Source: Candidatus Levyibacteriota bacterium (lineage in GTDB: Bacteria; Patescibacteriota; Microgenomatia; Levybacterales; UBA12049). Taken from it: a stretch of 64,000 bases of DNA. The number at the start of each line of letters is the position of its first letter. Position 1 is the first letter of the stretch. The stretch lies in NCBI GenBank assembly GCA_963790825.1, contig CAWBPM010000002.1, forward strand, positions 167,159 through 231,158, written 5' to 3'. The notes under the pieces were generated by a model. The model was not told the origin of the DNA, did not search any database, and was given only the letters and a program-made list of their open reading frames with translations. This document shows, piece by piece, positions 19,849-29,812 of this stretch. Both the position numbers and the translations under genes were made by a program.

Positions 19849-21603
19849 ATGAATACTCAGTCCTTACAAGAAAATGCAGTAGCCGCAATCAGAATATCCT
19901 CACTTAAGCAGGGGTTACAGGGTGATTCTCCAGAGGCTCAAAAAGAACAGATAGAAAGATTTGCGGAAACTCACAATATACATGTTAGTAAGTTCTTTAT
20001 TATCATGGAATCTGCATCAGGCGAAGAGCAGCCCGTACAAGAGGCTATAGATTATTGCAAGAACTCTAAGAATGATATTCAGATCTTTATCATTAAGTCT
20101 ATTGATCGGTTCACCAGGGGCGGATCATACCTCTACGACCACTTAAAAATGCAGCTTGAACGATACGGTGTGAAATTGGTCGATATTTACGGAATTATAG
20201 GACAGCAGAATGTTAATACGCTTGAACATCTGGGACTCAAATATGACTGGAGTGTGTATTCTCCTACTAAAAAGTCAGAAATCCTTGAAGCCGAACGGGC
20301 AAAGGACGAAATGAGGGATATCATGTCCAGGATGATCGGTGCAGAAATAAGATATACGAGACTTGGGTATAGGGTTTGGGGCGCTCCGTTTGGCTACGTA
20401 AATGAAAAAGTTGAAACAGAGAACGGAAGGCGTGTAATTCTAAGACCGCATCCGGAAGAAGCAAAATGGGTACTTAAAATGTATGATCTTCGAGCTCAGG
20501 GAACCCTTAGTGATGAAGAGATCGTTGATAGATTGAATGGTTTAGGGTTTAAGTCCCGCATCAGACTACACAGAAACCCTAAAGATAGAACAAAAGTATT
20601 AGAAAAAAGAGGCGGAGTTCCTCTTACCGTAAAACAATATGAAAGATATATTCAAAGAACAATTTATGCCGGAGTAATCATGAACAAATGGACTGAAAAT
20701 TTACCTGTTAAGTGTAAATTCGATGGTTTAATCTCAATTGACGCTTTTAATAAAGCAAATAAGGGTAAAGTAGTATTACTTGAAGAAAATGGAGAGTTAA
20801 GATATTACAAAGATAAACCAGAAGACTGGAGAACTAAAAAGCTGATCATAAACCCTAACTTTCCTTTCAAAAGATACGTCCTTTGTCCGACTTGTAAGCA
20901 TAACTTGTATGGAAGTGCTTCTAGAGGGAAACTTGGAAAACATTATCCTGCGTACCATTGTGACAAAAGAGGACATAATTTTAGAGTTCCCTTAAAAGAC
21001 TTTAATATTACAATCACTAATTTTGTAAAACAGTTGAAGATAACGAATGAAGGAATTAAAAGACTTAAGTTTATGATTTTAGAAGAATGGGCTAAAAGAA
21101 TTAAAAGCGATAAACAGGAATCAGACGATACGGAAAATAAGATTAGGGAATTAGAAGCAAAACAAACTAAAGCTGCTGAGTCAATTGCTGCACTTAGTTC
21201 CGTTGTTGCCATTCAACTGATTGAAAAAGAAATAAATAAAACAGAGGTAGATATAACAAATTTAAAGGTAAACAAAAAGAAATTAGTGAAAGATGATACC
21301 TCTATGGAGATAGTTATGGAAGTAGTAGCTGATTATCTGGAACACCTTGAGTTTTTGTTGCTGGGAAGCCCTGATCCTATCAAAAGGGCTGCTTACTTTG
21401 GACTAGTCTTCGAGGAGGCTCCAACCTATCAAGATTTAATCTTCGGAACACCTAAATTAGCCCCGTATATCAAGCTAACTCAACAACTAAGTGATCCCAA
21501 ATACCATGATGTGAGCCGGGCGGGATTCGAACCCGCGACCAAGAGCTTAAAAGGCTCCTGCTCTACCACTGAGCTACCGGCCCGCTTTGCTTTGCAAACG
21601 TAA
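19849..21603 (+). CDS. Large serine recombinase/integrase
   Basis: Catalytic RISSLKQ, SIDRFTR, recombinase domain, Zn ribbon CPTC...YHC...H and a coiled coil. Confidence 0.9.
   Translation: MNTQSLQENAVAAIRISSLKQGLQGDSPEAQKEQIERFAETHNIHVSKFFIIMESASGEEQPVQEAIDYCKNSKNDIQIFIIKSIDRFTRGGSYLYDHLKMQLERYGVKLVDIYGIIGQQNVNTLEHLGLKYDWSVYSPTKKSEILEAERAKDEMRDIMSRMIGAEIRYTRLGYRVWGAPFGYVNEKVETENGRRVILRPHPEEAKWVLKMYDLRAQGTLSDEEIVDRLNGLGFKSRIRLHRNPKDRTKVLEKRGGVPLTVKQYERYIQRTIYAGVIMNKWTENLPVKCKFDGLISIDAFNKANKGKVVLLEENGELRYYKDKPEDWRTKKLIINPNFPFKRYVLCPTCKHNLYGSASRGKLGKHYPAYHCDKRGHNFRVPLKDFNITITNFVKQLKITNEGIKRLKFMILEEWAKRIKSDKQESDDTENKIRELEAKQTKAAESIAALSSVVAIQLIEKEINKTEVDITNLKVNKKKLVKDDTSMEIVMEVVADYLEHLEFLLLGSPDPIKRAAYFGLVFEEAPTYQDLIFGTPKLAPYIKLTQQLSDPKYHDVSRAGFEPATKSLKGSCSTTELPARFALQT
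21512..21583 (-). tRNA. trnK: tRNA-Lys (UUU)
   Basis: GGGCCGGTAGCTCAGTGGTAGAGCAGGAGCCTTTTAAGCTCTTGGTCGCGGGTTCGAATCCCGCCCGGCTCA folds as a cloverleaf; CCA not encoded. Confidence 0.97.
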
Positions 21604-21787
21604 AACAAAAGACTAGAAATGAACTATTGAATTATAACAATCTAACTTCCCCTTGACAAGCTGCACACTCAACCATACACTAGTACTTAAGTTAATCAGT
21701 ATCCATATTAGTAAGTCATCTTACAGACATAGGCAAATCTCAGGCATAGAGTATTAGAAAATATAAAGCGAAGGGAGGTGAGTAAGT

Positions 21788-22456
21788 ATGACAGCAAATA
21801 TTAATGTTGGGGACACTATTCTGACTTCTGTCGGCAAGGGTTTTCTGGTCGCAGCGACATTTGTTCCAAATTTAATTGCCGGAATTGTTATTCTTCTGAT
21901 AGGTATCATCCTCGGGTCGATCATTAAGCGGGTCATTATCGAAATTTTAAATGCTTTGAAAATCGAAGCTTATTTACGCAAATACGGGGTACCTGAGGTA
22001 AAAAAAGAGTTTAGCTGGACCAATATTCTTGCTGAAATTGCGAGATGGTTTGTGGTAATTCTCTTTTTAATTCCTACTGCCGAGATCTGGGGGCTCCCCC
22101 AAATTGTCACTGTTTTAAATACATTTTTACTATATCTGCCGAATGTATTTGTTGCAGCAATTATTGCAGTAGTCGGATTTGTCTTTGCCAGATTAGCACA
22201 TGACGTCGTTTTGGCATCCACAAGAGAAGTAACGCCTGAAGGATCACAGACAATTGCGTCAATCACGAGATGGGCAATTATTATCTTTGTACTTTTGGCT
22301 GTTTTAAGCCAACTCGGGGTTGCTCAGGATCTCATCAGGATTCTTTTTACGGGATTTGTAGCTATGATTGCTATAGCCGGAGGGATCGCATTTGGACTTG
22401 GGGGACAAGATACAGCGAAAAATTTACTTGAGGCTTTGCGAAAAAAAATTAAATAG
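21788..22456 (+). CDS. CmpX/MscS-like TM-helix repeat membrane protein
   Basis: Repeated FVPNLIAGIVIL / YLPNVFVAAII helices and a C-terminal AFGLGG. Confidence 0.75.
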   Translation: MTANINVGDTILTSVGKGFLVAATFVPNLIAGIVILLIGIILGSIIKRVIIEILNALKIEAYLRKYGVPEVKKEFSWTNILAEIARWFVVILFLIPTAEIWGLPQIVTVLNTFLLYLPNVFVAAIIAVVGFVFARLAHDVVLASTREVTPEGSQTIASITRWAIIIFVLLAVLSQLGVAQDLIRILFTGFVAMIAIAGGIAFGLGGQDTAKNLLEALRKKIK

Positions 22457-22563
22457 AGCCTGTAAGGTAAGATACGTTGTCTAAAAACGATTTTTTAGCT
22501 ATAATGAACAAGCCATTTTAGGTAGTGGTTTGTTTTTGCTGGATTTAGTAACATTGCTTATCC

Positions 22564-22637
22564 GGCCCCATCGTCTAGCGGCCTAGGACGTCGGGCTTTC
22601 ATCCCGAAAATCATGGGTTCGATTCCCATTGGGGTCA
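22564..22637 (+). tRNA. trnE: tRNA-Glu (UUC)
   Basis: GGCCCCATCGTCTAGCGGCCTAGGACGTCGGGCTTTCATCCCGA...GGTTCGATTCCCATTGGGGTCA; upstream TTGTCT-N17-TATAAT. Confidence 0.95.
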
Positions 22638-22705
22638 CAAATTATAAGGATCGCTAAGGATTTATTAGGAATTTTCAAAATACAAGTAAAGATAAATTAC
22701 ATATC

Positions 22706-23080
22706 ATGAAAGCGAAAGCAAAAATTGATCAACTAATTGCAGGACTTAACGACTGGCGCGGTGATGCACTTACCAACATTCGCAAAATCATTCATGATGC
22801 TGACTCCGAGATAGTCGAAGAATGGAAATGGATGGGCAGTCCGTGTTGGTCACGAGGTGGACTTATCTGTGTGGCTAACGCTCATAAGGATAAGGTAAAA
22901 CTGACCTTTTCTCAGGGCGCAAGCCTATCTGATCCGGACAAACTCTTCAACGCCGGCCTTGGAGGCAACAGATGGCGAGCGATAGATCTCTACGAGAATG
23001 AAAAAATCAATGAGCACTCTTTAAAAAACCTCATCCATTCTGCCGTCGCCCACAACCTTGCTAAAAAATCAACAAAGTGA
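22706..23080 (+). CDS. DUF1801 (YdhG-like) protein
   Basis: DWRG...IVEEWKWMGSP.W...KVKLTF..GASL.DP.KLFN. Confidence 0.8.
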   Translation: MKAKAKIDQLIAGLNDWRGDALTNIRKIIHDADSEIVEEWKWMGSPCWSRGGLICVANAHKDKVKLTFSQGASLSDPDKLFNAGLGGNRWRAIDLYENEKINEHSLKNLIHSAVAHNLAKKSTK

Positions 23081-23132
23081 TCAATTAGACTGCCTGTTCA
23101 TAAAATTAAAAAGTCAGCTGATTTTTTTTCGC

Positions 23133-23372
23133 TTACTTATCTTCGGGAAGAGCAGCAAAGTCCTTCTTTGTTTTCATATACCATCCCATTCCTTTTATGG
23201 GATTTTTCCACCGATTCTGCATCATCTTCAGGGCGCTTTTGTGCGTTTCATCACCCTTTGCGACCATTTCTTTTAAATGCTTGTCTTCCGCTTTTATAAC
23301 TTCATCTCCGGTATTTCCATGGAATTGCGCGTCACATGGTCCGCCCATTTGTTTACAAGTCATTGTTTTCAT
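23133..23372 (-). CDS. DUF1059-like small metal-binding protein
   Basis: MKTMTCKQMGGPCD...H; AGGAGGTG RBS. Confidence 0.65.
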   Translation of the reverse strand: MKTMTCKQMGGPCDAQFHGNTGDEVIKAEDKHLKEMVAKGDETHKSALKMMQNRWKNPIKGMGWYMKTKKDFAALPEDK

Positions 23373-23548
23373 AAGTTTCACCTCCTTTCGAAGCGCAACG
23401 TCATTATATCATTACTAATTTAGGAGCAGTAATTTCATGTCATGTGTTTGAAATCAGCAATATTCAATCACGAGGCTCTACCGTTTCAAAACGATCACCA
23501 CAGGCTAAAATTAGTTTGACTGGGGATATGTTTTTGTATCATGTGGTA

Positions 23549-24745
23549 TTAAGCAATATAATATCCTCTGGAAAAGAAAGAAAAAAGTAAAACTAGCAGA
23601 ATTGTGCTTATAACAACATAAGTGATTTTCAGAATATTATTTTTGCTAAGCGCCAGTGCAATAAAGATTGGGAAAAGAACTACTACGTAACGGGGTAAGC
23701 CCGTAAAGGTACCGGTTGAAATAGGAATTAGGAAGCTAACTACTGCATAAATAAGATAAGATGTTCTTATTTTTTTCTTCCAGGCAAGAAACAATAATAG
23801 TGAGACAATAAAAAATAATGAAAATTCCAGTAAAGCAATCCACCATTCAAATTGTGTTGACGGAACGGTAAGTAGTATTTTAATATATCTAAATACTGTC
23901 TGGGGGAAAAGTACTAGTGAAGAAACAGATCTATTGTTCATAAATTCTCCTTGTGCATGAATGAAAAATAAAAAATCCTTCCACTTGTAATAATTAAAAA
24001 GACTATAGAGACCAATTCCCAGAAGTGCAACAATGGATAAATAGAGGGAATGTAGCCATAAAGATATATTCTTAATTGGTTCAGTGAATAATAAACGTAC
24101 AGATATTTTTTGCTGATAATATAATTCATAAAGAACTGCAGGCAGAATTGCAATTCCAACCAAGCGAGTAGCAGTAAGTAAACATGCCGAAATTGCGACA
24201 ATGTGCCATTGTTTTTTTCGCGAAAAATAAAAAATCAATATTGTTAATAAGAAGAAAAGGCTCTCAGAGTATACTGCTGCAAAATAAAACGATGTGGGAA
24301 AAAAAAGGATAATAAAAATAGTATAAAGAATTGTCCGTTCACTGTAGTCAAGTTTTAAAAGCTTGTAGAGAAACATTAGCCCAATAAAAAACAGGATAGT
24401 ATTCATAAATAAACCCGTATAAAATAATATAATATGGATATTTACGGGAATTATATATATAAAAATGTGCCCTAAAAAACTAAGCAGTAATGGAAATAAT
24501 GGGAAAAATCCTGCATTTATTGTATATCCTTGATAAGCAATTGTAAGATAATGTATGCCGTCAAAATTTGCATATGAGGATAAAAAGAAGCTAAGTATCG
24601 TGTTTTTTACACCCTCGTGTTGCAAATAATCGGAAAAAAGCGTGTACGAATATCCGCTGCGAGATAGACCGAAGAAATAGCTGAAGACAAGGGGAATAAA
24701 AAGAAAGGCTCTCCAGCTGATAAATAAGTAGAATATTTTTTTCAT
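23549..24745 (-). CDS. PIG-V-like GT-C mannosyltransferase
   Basis: NFDGIHYLTIA, FFPLFP, YSESLF, ATRLVG and PRY; polytopic. Confidence 0.8.
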   Translation of the reverse strand: MKKIFYLFISWRAFLFIPLVFSYFFGLSRSGYSYTLFSDYLQHEGVKNTILSFFLSSYANFDGIHYLTIAYQGYTINAGFFPLFPLLLSFLGHIFIYIIPVNIHIILFYTGLFMNTILFFIGLMFLYKLLKLDYSERTILYTIFIILFFPTSFYFAAVYSESLFFLLTILIFYFSRKKQWHIVAISACLLTATRLVGIAILPAVLYELYYQQKISVRLLFTEPIKNISLWLHSLYLSIVALLGIGLYSLFNYYKWKDFLFFIHAQGEFMNNRSVSSLVLFPQTVFRYIKILLTVPSTQFEWWIALLEFSLFFIVSLLLFLAWKKKIRTSYLIYAVVSFLIPISTGTFTGLPRYVVVLFPIFIALALSKNNILKITYVVISTILLVLLFSFFSRGYYIA

Positions 24746-24946
24746 TGTAAGTCCAGCTATTTATAGTACGTGTTTAAAAAATTCTTACGTTAATATTCTT
24801 AGACGGACATTGGATCTATAAAGCTATTATAACAAAATAATTTTAAGAGGTAACTTATTGTAAATCCCCACATTATTTTTAATCTTTAATCCTGATTATT
24901 GTTATGCTATGATAGTATAAACAACTGCCCGGGGGGAGGTGAGATT

Positions 24947-25192
24947 GTGAGTAAGAATTCAGTGCTGTTAGTTATAGTTGCGCTTTTGATAGGTATATTT
25001 ATAGGTTTTGCTGTAGAAAGACAGCGAGCAATAAGCAACATGGAAACGGCAAAACTTTCGTTAGGAGATCAAATCAGTAAGATGGGAGTAGTAAACGAGA
25101 AACTGATGGTGGAAAATAAGCATTTGCAAATGATGTTGACTCCTACACCAACAGGGGAAGTTACACCGAGTCCATCAACGATGCCAAAGTAG
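24947..25192 (+). CDS. Small membrane-anchored protein with a PT-rich tail
   Basis: GTG start after GGGAGGTG; TM, coiled coil, then TPTPT. Confidence 0.55.
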   Translation: MSKNSVLLVIVALLIGIFIGFAVERQRAISNMETAKLSLGDQISKMGVVNEKLMVENKHLQMMLTPTPTGEVTPSPSTMPK

Positions 25193-25367
25193 AACAAAAC
25201 CCATAGGTTTACGAGACAGGAAGCACAACTTTTTCATAATATAGATTGGATTTGGTAGTATAAACTAGCTTCTATTACCTTAAATATCCTTTAGAAAGTT
25301 TGTTATTGTAAAAAACCCAGTCTATTTTTATTTGTATACTCATACTAACTGATGTATTATAAAAGTA

Positions 25368-25676
25368 ATGTCTCATGTCTTTTATAAACCACACAAGAAT
25401 AATTACCATAATCATGCTCAAAAGTATTTTCTGGATAAACTTATTTATCCCATCGCGTTAATTGCCCCGGTAATGACTATTCCTCAAATCGTAGAAGTAT
25501 GGACCCAACGTGGGGTTCAGGGAGTTTCTCTTCTTACCTGGAGCGCGTATACAGCCGTCTCGGTTTTCTGGATAATTTATGGTCTGCAGCACAAAGAAAA
25601 ACCAATTATCCTGGCTAATTTATTATCATTTATTTTTGATGCTTCAATAGTTTTGGGTGTTTTATTACATAGCTAG
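25368..25676 (+). CDS. SemiSWEET/PQ-loop family transporter
   Basis: TIPQIV, GVSLLTW, WIIYG and PIILAN. Confidence 0.75.
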   Translation: MSHVFYKPHKNNYHNHAQKYFLDKLIYPIALIAPVMTIPQIVEVWTQRGVQGVSLLTWSAYTAVSVFWIIYGLQHKEKPIILANLLSFIFDASIVLGVLLHS

Positions 25677-25704
25677 AAGTGGATATAGTCTTAATGTTAC
25701 TAAC

Positions 25705-26418
25705 TTAACGAACATCGGAGAGAATTACCCCTTCATTTTTATAGAAAAAGTATCCGATAAACGTTAATAAATAGGGAAGAGAACCTCTGATTAATCCTTT
25801 TTGCCGGAATCTTCTGCCGGAAAAAATAACCGGCAGACCCGGCATAAAGTGAATTTTCCCGAGCTTACTTACTTTAAAAGATAAATCTATATCTTCTTGG
25901 CTATTTAGTTTCACATTAAACCCTCCCGACTTCCTATAAACCTCTTTGTAAATAGCAAAGTTAAAACCATTCAGCCAGTAGTGTCCGAATACCAGTCGAT
26001 AAACCCGCATTGCTAACGGCTGAAAAAAATTAAAAAGCGTATTAGTGAATAAACCGCAGTCAACTATTTTACAAGTTCCGCTGATGGCAACAGCATTACT
26101 TCCCCGCAACGAATCAGATAGTGTTTCTACCCAACCTGGGGGAACGACAGTATCTGCATCGGTTGACAGAATAATGTCTCCACACGCATGCGAAAATCCG
26201 ATTTGTCTTGCCGGTCCTCTACCTTTCTCTTTTTGCATTACGAGATTTAACTCTAATCTGTTGCGATAACTGTTTACCGCGTCGGCTGTTTTGTCCGTGG
26301 AGTTATTATTTACAACAATTACTTCAAATTTGTGCTGAGTTTTTTGCTTAACCAATGAATCAAGACAGGCTCCGATTACTTTTTCTTCGTTATATGCTGG
26401 TATGACAACAGAAACCAT
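25705..26418 (-). CDS. Glycosyltransferase family 2
   Basis: SVVIPAYNEE, NNSTD, TDAD, ED and SGRR. Confidence 0.9.
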   Translation of the reverse strand: MVSVVIPAYNEEKVIGACLDSLVKQKTQHKFEVIVVNNNSTDKTADAVNSYRNRLELNLVMQKEKGRGPARQIGFSHACGDIILSTDADTVVPPGWVETLSDSLRGSNAVAISGTCKIVDCGLFTNTLFNFFQPLAMRVYRLVFGHYWLNGFNFAIYKEVYRKSGGFNVKLNSQEDIDLSFKVSKLGKIHFMPGLPVIFSGRRFRQKGLIRGSLPYLLTFIGYFFYKNEGVILSDVR

Positions 26419-26445
26419 AACTCTTCAATTATAGCATCATTATTC

Positions 26446-27492
26446 TTATGAAGCTTTAGATTTTAACAATTTATAGTAACTGGTTTTAGTCTTTCCATAT
26501 TTTGTCAAGAGCCCTTTTTTAACCAGAGAAAACAACAACGCATGTGCCTGCTGACGAGTTACTCCGAATGCCTTTTCAATATCAGAAGTTTTAACAGCTT
26601 TTTTATCAATCACGATTTGTAAGACCTCCTCTTCTCTGCTTGACACCAGTACCCGTTTCTCACCGGTTACATCGTCGAGCGATGAATATGTTAATTCCTG
26701 TATTCTGGCTAACGATGCCTGCAGGGAATTTGCAATTCCTTCCAGAAAATATTCGAGCCACTGGGTAGAATCACCTTTGTCTGCAGTATGTAAACTGTCC
26801 GAATACAAATACCTGTCAATATCATAAAAATCATCCAAAATAAAAAACTTCGTTACTTCATACTTCTTAAGCAAGAGAAAATAAGTTGTCATAATACGTG
26901 CCATTCTTCCATTGCCATCAAAAAATGGATGGATATAAGCGAATTGATGATGTAAAATACCGGCTTTTAGTAGAGGATGCACCTCGTCTTCTTTTCCCAA
27001 CCAGTCATATAGTTCTTTCAAAGCAGCAGCGATCTCTTTTCCAGAGTGAAAAGGCGGATTATGCTTCACTACCAGCTCTCCGGCTGCTTTGTGTCCCACA
27101 AATACCGGACCACTGCGAAATTTACCACCTCCCCTCATGATATCTTCCATTAACTGTTTATGCAGTATCTCGGTAATATCGGTTGTAATAGCTTGTCCTT
27201 CCCGAACTAAGGTAAAGAGATGATTAAGCACACGAAAATAGTTTTTGACTTCTTGTTCGGACTTGGTGGTTGGAACTTTGTCGCCTAAGATAATATTCGT
27301 GACATCCTGGGGGGATAGCGGGTTTCCTTCAATACTGGTTGAATAATGGGTGGCGAGAATCTGGTTTTCTTCAGAAAGCCTGAGAGATAGAGATGGAATA
27401 AGCTTCTGGCTGACAAGACTGCCATATAACCTTTCAATTGTGCTTAAGCTGTTAAGCATGCGGAAGGTAAGGCTAAAAGTAGGCTTAAACAT
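26446..27492 (-). CDS. Fic family protein with C-terminal HTH
   Basis: HPFFDGNGRMAR; N-terminal STSIEGN autoinhibitory motif. Confidence 0.9.
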   Translation of the reverse strand: MFKPTFSLTFRMLNSLSTIERLYGSLVSQKLIPSLSLRLSEENQILATHYSTSIEGNPLSPQDVTNIILGDKVPTTKSEQEVKNYFRVLNHLFTLVREGQAITTDITEILHKQLMEDIMRGGGKFRSGPVFVGHKAAGELVVKHNPPFHSGKEIAAALKELYDWLGKEDEVHPLLKAGILHHQFAYIHPFFDGNGRMARIMTTYFLLLKKYEVTKFFILDDFYDIDRYLYSDSLHTADKGDSTQWLEYFLEGIANSLQASLARIQELTYSSLDDVTGEKRVLVSSREEEVLQIVIDKKAVKTSDIEKAFGVTRQQAHALLFSLVKKGLLTKYGKTKTSYYKLLKSKAS

Positions 27493-27533
27493 GTTATAAG
27501 TATAGCAGAACTATGACTATTTGTCAATATATA

Positions 27534-27598
27534 TGTAAACTTAATAGTAAAGAAGGAATAATTGTAAACTTATTTGTAAATATATTAGTAAACTTCAG
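27534..27598. repeat. About 12-bp periodic GTAAA(C) repeats upstream of the fic promoter
   Basis: TGTAAACTTAAT / AGTAAAGAAGGA / TGTAAACTTATT / TGTAAATATATT / AGTAAACTTCAG. Confidence 0.6.
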
Positions 27599-27863
27599 CT
27601 TGATTCTCGATCTTGACAAACAAATTAGAGAAAGCTAGGCTGAGGTAGGTAGGTAAAAGAACTATTTCTAGGCGTAAAAAAATTATATTTTAAACAGATT
27701 AAATATAAAACCTATAGTAAATAGTATTTTTTGCATGAAATAGGTGAGTCATAAGTGTTTATAGTAATTGATAATTGACATACTGGTGTATAATATATGT
27801 CCTGTAATATAAAACTGATAAATTAAGAATCAGACAAATTTATTAATTTTATATCAGGAATAT

Positions 27864-29438
27864 ATGGCAGTAGCAATAGAATCATTACCGGATACTGGAA
27901 TTTGTTCAGGGATATTTAATAGGCACGAAATTAAGAACAATAAAAAAATTGAACTAAAATCTCAAGTACCTTCTCCTGTTGCAGGAGTTAAACAAATAGC
28001 ATTAGAAAGCAATTCCGTTGAAGCGATAGCAAAATTGACTGCAATTCCGACAAGAGAACCTGATGTAATTCCTTTAATAGAATCTGCCGGTTCTGTCCCT
28101 GATATAAAAACATACCAAACAAGAGAAGTCCTCCTTGATCCTTTACCACCATACTTTGTTGCAATGGAAGCACAATATAAAAAAGATTTACAAAACGGCT
28201 ATTATGTCCATCCAAAATATGTCCGTACAGCGAATGCCCCGGAAGGACATCTTATTTATAATCCGGTAGCATGGACAGAGAAAACACCAGATGGACGGAG
28301 GGTAATAAAAGGAATTGTAAGGAGTGAAGATCCAGACGGTATTTCTACGTTACGTTCATATGATTTAAACAATACCGATACTTCCATACCGGATCTAGAA
28401 ATTTCACTAAATGGTTTTGAGCGCATAGGACGAGAAGATGGTTTCTTTCAACCGGATGGAAAAAACAGTCCATTAAGTGGGGATGTTGAAATTGCAGAAC
28501 AACCAGATAAGAAATTAAGATTCAGGACAGAATTTTATCGTCTAGTAAAGCAAGAAAATGGTTGCTATACAATTCAACTAAGAGGAAAAGGCGATTGGGA
28601 TAATAAAGATGAAAGAGTATTTGCCCTGCCAAATGGAAATGAGGGAGTAGTAATTCGTCTGCGAAAAGAAACAAAAGAAGAAGTAGAAAGTCCAGCTGGA
28701 AAAAAAATAGAAAAAATAGTAGTAAAAAGTGAACTTCGTTACCGTGAAATAAGACCGGATGAAGACCTTACTGAAGTTCTCGCAGAAATGAGAAATAATC
28801 CTGCTTATAAAATTAACGGTGTTTGGCCTGATAATCAAAATATCTGGGGTGCTGGAAATCAATATTATGCAATGCAAAGAGAAGATGGAAAAATCGTAAT
28901 CGGTGCTAAAGGACATGTCGCAACATATACGGGAAAGATCATTGAAAGAGATGCAAATGGTAAGGAAAGAGTAGAAGCAAAAAGACGCTATGTAAGCGGT
29001 GTATTTATGTTTGACCCGGATACATTACAAGCATTAGATCCTGATACCGGATATGGACCGGAATTTCAGGATAAACCCTGCTTTAAGATAACTATTACGC
29101 CTGAGCAAATTGAACAAGTAATACCTTTGGATAAACGTAAGCCAAGAAGTGAAGGAATACGAAGCTGTGCATTCTCTGGCGGTAGTCTTTTCGTCGAAAA
29201 AGATAATCATAATATAGTAACAGACAAGGAAAATAATCCACAAGATACCATGGGACTTGATACAGTAGAAGAGTTGATTGATGTTGGAGGATGGGCAGAC
29301 GACGCTCCTTATATGGCAGTTTTTAGAAATCCATTTCCGTCGTCAACGAGACTTATTCGATCTATTCATGAACCGCTGATTATTAAGAGTTCTGATCTTC
29401 CTTACCAATTGAAAGTTCTCTCAGGGAGTTATAAATAA
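27864..29438 (+). CDS. Divergent DUF1861/MTP (GT108-like) beta-propeller protein
   Basis: Ordered motifs IYN, EDG, TEFYR, KDER, WGAGNQ, GHVA, FDP.T, FSGG, ADD and NPF. Confidence 0.5.
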   Translation: MAVAIESLPDTGICSGIFNRHEIKNNKKIELKSQVPSPVAGVKQIALESNSVEAIAKLTAIPTREPDVIPLIESAGSVPDIKTYQTREVLLDPLPPYFVAMEAQYKKDLQNGYYVHPKYVRTANAPEGHLIYNPVAWTEKTPDGRRVIKGIVRSEDPDGISTLRSYDLNNTDTSIPDLEISLNGFERIGREDGFFQPDGKNSPLSGDVEIAEQPDKKLRFRTEFYRLVKQENGCYTIQLRGKGDWDNKDERVFALPNGNEGVVIRLRKETKEEVESPAGKKIEKIVVKSELRYREIRPDEDLTEVLAEMRNNPAYKINGVWPDNQNIWGAGNQYYAMQREDGKIVIGAKGHVATYTGKIIERDANGKERVEAKRRYVSGVFMFDPDTLQALDPDTGYGPEFQDKPCFKITITPEQIEQVIPLDKRKPRSEGIRSCAFSGGSLFVEKDNHNIVTDKENNPQDTMGLDTVEELIDVGGWADDAPYMAVFRNPFPSSTRLIRSIHEPLIIKSSDLPYQLKVLSGSYK

Positions 29439-29535
29439 AATTATCACCTCTGGCATATAAATGGTAGTGGGTCAATTTGAGTTAGCCTCCACGTAATGCT
29501 TGACTGCTTACGCAGCTTCATGTTAATATCTTCTC

Positions 29536-29718
29536 ATGGATTTAAATAAATTAGCTTCTAAGATAACCAGAGAGGCAACTGAGGATAAAAACCCTGCAGC
29601 GGTAGCTCTCGGACGACTAGGTGGATTAAAAGGTGGGCCAGCACGTGCCGCAAAATTAACTACTAAGAAGAAAAAACAAATTGCAAAGAAAGCCGCACGA
29701 GTCCGCTGGCATAAATGA
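29536..29718 (+). CDS. Small basic histone-H1-like IS1 accessory protein
   Basis: KNPAAVALGRLGGLKGG.ARA.KL...IAKKAA..RW. Confidence 0.8.
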   Translation: MDLNKLASKITREATEDKNPAAVALGRLGGLKGGPARAAKLTTKKKKQIAKKAARVRWHK

Positions 29719-29812
29719 CTTAATCTCTTTTATTTATCCAAGAATTTCTTTAAAATAGTGTCTAGAACCCCGGATTTACGGCGCCTTAAGATTTATAGTG
29801 TGTTAGGAAAGG

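Larger units (their letters stand above)
1..21583. mobile_element. Integrative conjugative element (right portion; left end outside window) inserted at tRNA-Lys
   Basis: T4SS genes, VirD4, a relaxase, AT-rich defence cargo and a large serine recombinase abut the 3' end of a tRNA-Lys gene. Confidence 0.8.

Noticed and set aside
21690-21787. Riboswitch in the ~100-nt leader of the CmpX-like gene
   Set aside because: No recognisable aptamer consensus or terminator; an Rfam scan would be needed.
22638-23500. Genomic island at tRNA-Glu
   Set aside because: No integrase and no duplicated tRNA 3' end was found by eye.
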